Source: Hemiscyllium ocellatum
Lineage: Eukaryota
Reading direction: 5' to 3'
Length of the DNA: 64,000 bases
Assembly (NCBI RefSeq): GCF_020745735.1
Contig: NW_026867522.1
Span: forward strand, 124,001 to 188,000
Under the pieces are notes generated by a model. It searched no databases and was not told where the DNA came from. It saw only the letters and a program-made list of their open reading frames with translations. A program made the position numbers and the translations under genes. Position 1 is the first letter of the stretch, and each line of letters begins with the position of its first letter. Shown piece by piece: positions 1 through 64,000 of the stretch.

Positions 1-1365
1 TATCCGGTCTAGAGTATCCGGTCTGGTGTATCCGGTCTGGTGTATCCGGTCTAGAGTATCCGGTCAGTGTATCCGGTCTGGTGTATCCGGTCTGGAGTAT
101 CCGGTCTGGTGTATCCGGTCTGGAGTATCCGGTCTGGAAAATCCGGTCTGGAGTATCCGGTCTGGTGTATCCGGTCTGGTGTATCCGGTCTGGAGTATCT
201 GGTCTGGTGCATCCGTTCTGGAGTATCCGGTCTGGTGTATCCGGTCTGGTGTATCCGGTCAGGAGTATCCAGTCAGGCGTATCCGGTCTGGAGTATCTGT
301 TCTGGAGTATCCAGTCTAGAGTATCTAGTCTGGAGTATCCGTTCTGGAGTATCCGGTCTGGTGTATCCGGTCTGGTGTATCTGGTATGGTGTATCCGGTC
401 AGGAGTATCCAGTCAGGAGTATCCGGTCTGGAGTGTCCGGTCTGGTGTATCCGGTCTGGAGTATCCGGTCTGGTGTATCTGGTCTGTTGTATCTGGTCTG
501 GAGTATCCGGTCTGGAGTATCCGGTCTGGTGTATCCGGCCTGGTGTATCCGGTCTGGTGTATCTAGTCTAATGTATCTGGTCTGGAGTATCCGGTCTGGT
601 GTATCCGGTCTGGTGTTTCCGGACTGGTGTTTCCGGTCTGGTGTATCCGGTCTGGAGTATCCGGTCTGGTGTATCTAGTCTGGTGTATCTAGTCTGGTGT
701 ATCTGGTCTGGAGTATCCGGTCTGGTGTATCCGGTCTGGAGAATCCGGTCTGGTGTATCCGGTCTGGTGTATCCGGTCTGGAGTATCCGGTCTGGAGAAT
801 CTGGTCTGGTGTATCTAGGGTGGCACGGTGGCACAGTGGTTAGCACTGCTGCCTCACAGCGCCAGGGACCTGGGTTCAATTCCTGCCTCAGGCGACTCTC
901 TGTGTGGAGTTTGCACGTTCTCCCTGTGTCTGCGTGGGTTTCCTCCGGGTGCTCCGGTTTCCTCCCACAGTCCAAAGATGTGCGGGTCAGGTGAATTGGC
1001 CATGCTAAATTGCCCGTAGTGTTAGGTAAGGGGTATATGTAGGGGTATCGGTGGGTTGAGCATCGGCGGGTCGGTGTGGACTTGTTGGGCCGAAGGGCCT
1101 GTTTCCACACTGTAAATAATCTAATCTAATCTGGTCTGGAGAATCCGGTCTGGTGTATCCGGTCTAGAGAATCCGGTCTGGTGTATCCGGTCTGGAGTAT
1201 CTAGTCTGGTGTATCCGGTCTGGAGAATCTGGTCTGGTGTATCCGTTCTGGAATATCTGGTCTGGTGTATCCGGTCTGGTTTATCTGGTCTGGAGTATCC
1301 GGTCTGGTGTATCCGGTCTGGTGTATCCGGTGTGGTGTATCCGGTGTGGTGTATCCGGTCTGGAT
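1..1365. repeat. 14-bp minisatellite (TATCCGGTCTGGWG)n, interrupted by a SINE
   Basis: tatccgg recurs at 1, 15, 29, 43 and onward; the array resumes after about 1130. Confidence 0.95.
818..1132 (+). mobile_element. tRNA-derived SINE (HE1/V-SINE-like), full length
   Basis: A-box TGGCACAGTGG, B-box GGTTCAATTCC, V-SINE-like core GTGGGTTTCCTCCGGGTGCTCCGGTTTCCTCCCACAGTCCAAAGA, tail GGGCCGAAGGGCCTGTTTCC...(TAATC)n. Confidence 0.85.
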
Positions 1366-1439
1366 TTGTTGAGTATCCAGGGAGCGGTCACTTTCTGCGG
1401 AGTTCTGAATTAAGCCCCATCTGCTGGCTGTGAACCCTG

Positions 1440-1890
1440 TTGGTACAGAGTCTTACAATGCCATCTCCCCTACCCTGGGGGAAATGGAGCATAGCCTGAG
1501 TGACCACTTCACACAAGACCCACCGTGTTCCCCTGGACAACATCACTGTCTGCAGTGCTCCAGTGAAGCTCAGTGCAAATGGGAAGAACAGCACCTCACT
1601 TCCCAGTTGTGGACTCTGTAGTTTTCCGGACTCAATATCAAGTTCAATAATTTGCGAAGTTGAGCTCTCCCATGTCCTTCCTGCAAACCCCACACTCCAG
1701 GCCTTATTATCACATGGTTTACTATTACACACTACCCACTGTTGGGAATAACAATGCCTAATGAAGGGCTTTTACCCGAAACATCGATTTTCCTGCTTCT
1801 CGGATGCTGTCTGACCTGTTGTGCTTTTCCAGCACCACTCTAACCTAGACTCTGATTTCCAGCATCTGCACTCCTCACTTCTGCCTGCTA
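1440..1890 (+). mobile_element. Penelope-like element 3' fragment (degenerate)
   Basis: Remnant resembling the GIY-YIG C-terminal region, followed by a degenerate hammerhead-like motif (taatgaagggc...cccgaaacatcg) and a tail shared with the other Penelope fragments here. Confidence 0.55.
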
Positions 1891-2177
1891 TAAAATAACA
1901 TGCTGTTCCAATAACAGATTTATTAAACATTACATTAACTCAGTCCCCAGATCACGCTTCCAGCTGCTGACCTTTCTTCTTAGTGCGAGAATGTTTCACC
2001 TGAAAAGGTCCCTTTGGTAGAGACTGGTTTCCAATTTCTTTCAAAGCAAGAACATTGGCAGTTGCTCTCCCTCTAATTTTCAAAATACCAAGTTTATATA
2101 CCCCCCCCCCCATAACATATTAGACTCTTATGATTTGATTGGTTTCCAGCTGTCAAAACAATAAAATTCAAATTCCA

Positions 2178-2578
2178 CCTGCCCTTCTTCTGTGGTTACA
2201 TCCATGCCTGGGTGTCGCTGGAGAAGGAGCACACGCTCTCCACCAACTCGCTCAAACTGTTCAGGGAGAGGTGGACATCACAGGGAGTGGATGCTTTATT
2301 TCCCCCTCCAACTCTATTTTGATTTAATCCCTGCCCACCCCTTCACAGTTTGATCACACAGCATTGCCCTTTGATGTGAAGGGCACTGCTTGTCACAGGC
2401 CACTCGGGTGTTTCCTATATTCCAGGTGGTGGAAAATGAATAAAGATTTGTACACCTTGTGTCTCTCACCGTGTCTCACACCTGCACACACACACCATGG
2501 GTGCTGGGGGAAAATAAGCACTACCTCAGTAGGTGGGAGTGTGGGGGTAATTTAAAAATGAAAAAAATGAAAATAAAA
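2178..2578 (+). mobile_element. L1/Tx1-like LINE 3' end fragment
   Basis: Degenerate ORF2-like C-terminus (LPFFCGYIHAWVSLEKEH...FRERW...SPSNSILI*), AATAAA, and an A-rich tail. Family call is from recall. Confidence 0.45.
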
Positions 2579-2849
2579 CTTCAAATTCCATTGGTTTCTG
2601 GTATCCTGGGCATAATTGGTTAAATTTGCATTGTTGTCAAAACAGCAACCAACGCTCAGGCATCCATTTCACAGCCATTTGCTACATGACTCTATTTTGG
2701 AACAGCCCATCTCCCAGCCTTTCCATCCAGGCAGCTGAGCCTCTAATTTAAATTTACTTCAATATTCAGAAAACACTTTCTATTTTAAAGTGAACATGCG
2801 TGCTTTTGACAACATAATACTACCATCTGCATAAAACCTAATTTTCCTA

Positions 2850-3052
2850 ACTCCAAAAACAGAAATTGCTGGAAAATCTCTGCATCTGGCAGCATCTGTG
2901 GAGAGCAATCAGAGTTAATTCAGGCATCAGAACATTTTCCCAGCTACCATCTGTTCTGCAGAAGGGTCACTCCAACCAAAATATTAACTCTGATTTCTCT
3001 CCACAAATGCTGCCAGACCCACTGAGCTTTTCCAGTTATTCCTGTTTCTGTT
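2850..3052. mobile_element. Degenerate foldback element made of inverted Penelope-type tails
   Basis: aacagaaattgctggaaaa...gcagcatctgtggagag...cagagttaat is mirrored by attaactctg...ctctccacaaatgctgcc...ttttccag...tttctg. Confidence 0.5.
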
Positions 3053-3152
3053 GGTGCAGTCGTGGTCAGCTCAGAGGATGGGGCAGAGTGATCATTTCTC
3101 CCTTAAATCCTGCATGGCCTGTGTGTCTGACTGTGCAGCTGGAAAACTCTAC

Positions 3153-63178
<60,026 letters not shown>

Positions 63179-63471
63179 CTACCCCACAACCCCTAACACA
63201 GCTCTGTGTCACCCCAGAGTTACACACAGACAATTGCCCCTCATTCTGAATTTCAATGTGAGGGTGGATCCGGGAGTGTCAGTGCAGCCCTCTGTTTGAA
63301 CTCTCTCTCTCTCTCTCTCTCTCTCTCACAAACACACACACACAAACACACACACACAAACACACACACACACAACCCACCTCTCCTCAACCCCGTGTCT
63401 ATCTCCTCCACCTCCCCGTCACTTTCTCTTTCTCTTTTTCTCTGTCATTTTGTCCCTCCCCGTCTCTCTCC

Positions 63472-63608
63472 NNNNNNNNNNNNNNNNNNNNNNNNNNNNN
63501 NNNNNNNNNNNNNNNNNNNNNNNNNNNNNNNNNNNNNNNNNNNNNNNNNNNNNNNNNNNNNNNNNNNNNNNNNNNNNNNNNNNNNNNNNNNNNNNNNNNN
63601 NNNNNNNN
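63472..63608. other. Assembly gap (137 N)
   Basis: Run of N. Confidence 1.
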
Positions 63609-63660
63609 GGACAGAGATGACCTTCCTGGTGTTAGCCCGGCCTTGTTTGACAAGACAAAG

Positions 63661-64000
63661 GTCTGGGGGTGGGTGTGTGTCTGGGGGTGGGGGTGTGTCT
63701 GGGGGTGGGTGTGTGTCTGGGGGTGGGTGTGAGTCTGGGGTGGGGGTGTGTCTGGGGTGGGTGTGAGCCTGGGGTGGGGGTGAGTCTGGGGTGGGTGTGT
63801 GTCTGGGGGTGGGTGTGAGTCTGGGGTGGGTGTGTGTCTGGGGGTGGGGGTGTGTCTGGGGGTGGGTGTGTGTGTGGGGGTGGGTGTGAGTCTGGGGTGG
63901 GGGTGTGTCTGGGGTGGGTGTGAGCCTGGGGTGGGGGTGAGTCTGGGGTGGGTGTGTGTCTGGGGTGGGTGTGAGTCTGGGGTGGGGGTGTGTCTGGGGT
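63661..64000. repeat. ~17-18-bp G/T-rich minisatellite (GGGTGTGTGTCTGGGGGT)n
   Basis: Direct inspection; runs to the window end. Confidence 0.9.

Noticed and set aside
818-890. tRNA gene
   Set aside because: The A/B boxes belong to a SINE head that continues into the SINE core and tail; no full cloverleaf.
26-1433. ORFs of (YPVWCIRSGVSGL)n
   Set aside because: Translations of the 14-bp minisatellite and the SINE.

Overview
Vertebrate genomic DNA, very likely a shark or other elasmobranch. This is inferred from the HE1/V-SINE-like tRNA SINEs, CR1, Tx1 and Penelope repeats; there are no prokaryotic features. The window is spanned by one minus-strand multi-exon gene encoding an alpha-tectorin-like (NIDO + VWD/C8/TIL; FCGBP/zonadhesin superfamily) secreted protein. 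I traced 21 GT-AG exons with compatible phases from 63106 down to 3153 (10,316 nt, about 3,440 aa, no internal stop). Both gene ends lie outside the window or in the N gap. The central two-exon module (599-nt TIL/VWD exon + 568-nt VWD/C8 exon = 389 aa) is present as SEVEN near-identical tandem copies (about 9.3-47.3 kb), giving at least 9 VWD domains versus 4 in canonical alpha-tectorin. The copies show mosaic variant sharing, two have GDPH->GDSH at the autoproteolysis motif, and the array edges fall within 10-17 bp of exon ends. The introns carry a 53-bp SINE-derived minisatellite in alternating orientation, so 13 of the 14 repeated exons lie between inverted arrays in their two flanking introns. 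They also contain a triplicated CR1 fragment with an unequal-crossover signature, a 6-kb nested TE block including a Penelope element with hammerhead-ribozyme motifs, and several other minisatellites. Most ORFs in the supplied track are repeat artefacts or antisense shadows.
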